Source: Haliotis cracherodii | Lineage: Eukaryota | DNA length: 64,000 nt | Reading direction: 5' to 3' | Assembly (NCBI RefSeq): GCF_022045235.1 | Contig: NW_027266308.1 | Span: 52,762,001-52,826,000 of the forward strand | Part shown: positions 63,719 to 64,000 of the stretch, piece after piece | How positions within the stretch are numbered: position 1 is the stretch's first letter | How the letters are laid out: each line of letters begins with the position of its first letter | Translations under genes and position numbers: made by a program | Notes under the pieces: generated by a model | Databases searched by the model: none | What the model was told of the DNA's origin: nothing | Seen by the model: only the letters and a program-made list of their open reading frames with translations

Positions 63719-64000
63719 CTTATCAACATAATTTCTACATACGGTATGAACTATTTTAACCGACAAGGTAATATATAAACTGTCGTGAAGATTGTGAGCC
63801 TAGTTGGTAGTCGATGCCTTGAACATATTTAGATGACGACATTTAAACCATATCTTCAAGACGTTCTTTGCCATGATGATCTAGTCATTCTCGCATGCTA
63901 CTGGAAAGGCAAATTCTGCCGAAGTGTTTCTCTTGTCAACACAAAATCTTTGCCTCATCTTTGTAAACATACAATGATTCGAACGGGGACTGTGATTCTC

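Noticed and set aside
63509-63766. Thr-rich, mucin-like ORF and its Val-rich antisense ORF
   Set aside because: Wrong frames. The splice-compatible frame encodes the gene C exon (NMADSRI...).

Overview
Eukaryotic, AT-rich, intron-rich DNA. The SINE families with (GAGT)n and (CAAA)n tails suggest a mollusc, most likely abalone (Haliotis); this is recalled, not searched. Most ORF-track entries are spurious and the real genes are multi-exon. (1) Gene A (+, 1109 to ~36396; 46 phase-consistent exons plus an uncertain 3' end; ~1,600 aa) is a secreted protein. It has a signal peptide, an N-terminal region resembling Sib / 'integrin-beta-like' proteins ([25 protein letters not shown]), eight copies of a three-exon ~100-aa module, and at least ten EGF domains, the later ones arranged as three higher-order cassettes. 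(2) Gene B (-, 57129 to 44313) is a shorter paralog with the same exon phases and near-identical exon sizes. Its signal-peptide half-exon is missing from the - strand but is found, decayed, on the + strand at ~41010-41112. The two halves rejoin precisely, implying a ~16-kb inversion that broke exon 1 and turned a tandem pair into a tail-to-tail pair. (3) The 3' ends of A and B form a long, recent, intron-inclusive inverted repeat. (4) Gene C (-, beyond 63718 to 60357) shows its last five exons, encoding a protein whose motifs look bacterial (beta-propeller-like). Introns and spacers hold a DIRS1-type retrotransposon with inverted LTRs and an ICR, three Tc1-like elements, Penelope-like, L2-like and R4/Dong-like fragments, four SINE families, hairpin MITEs and microsatellites.
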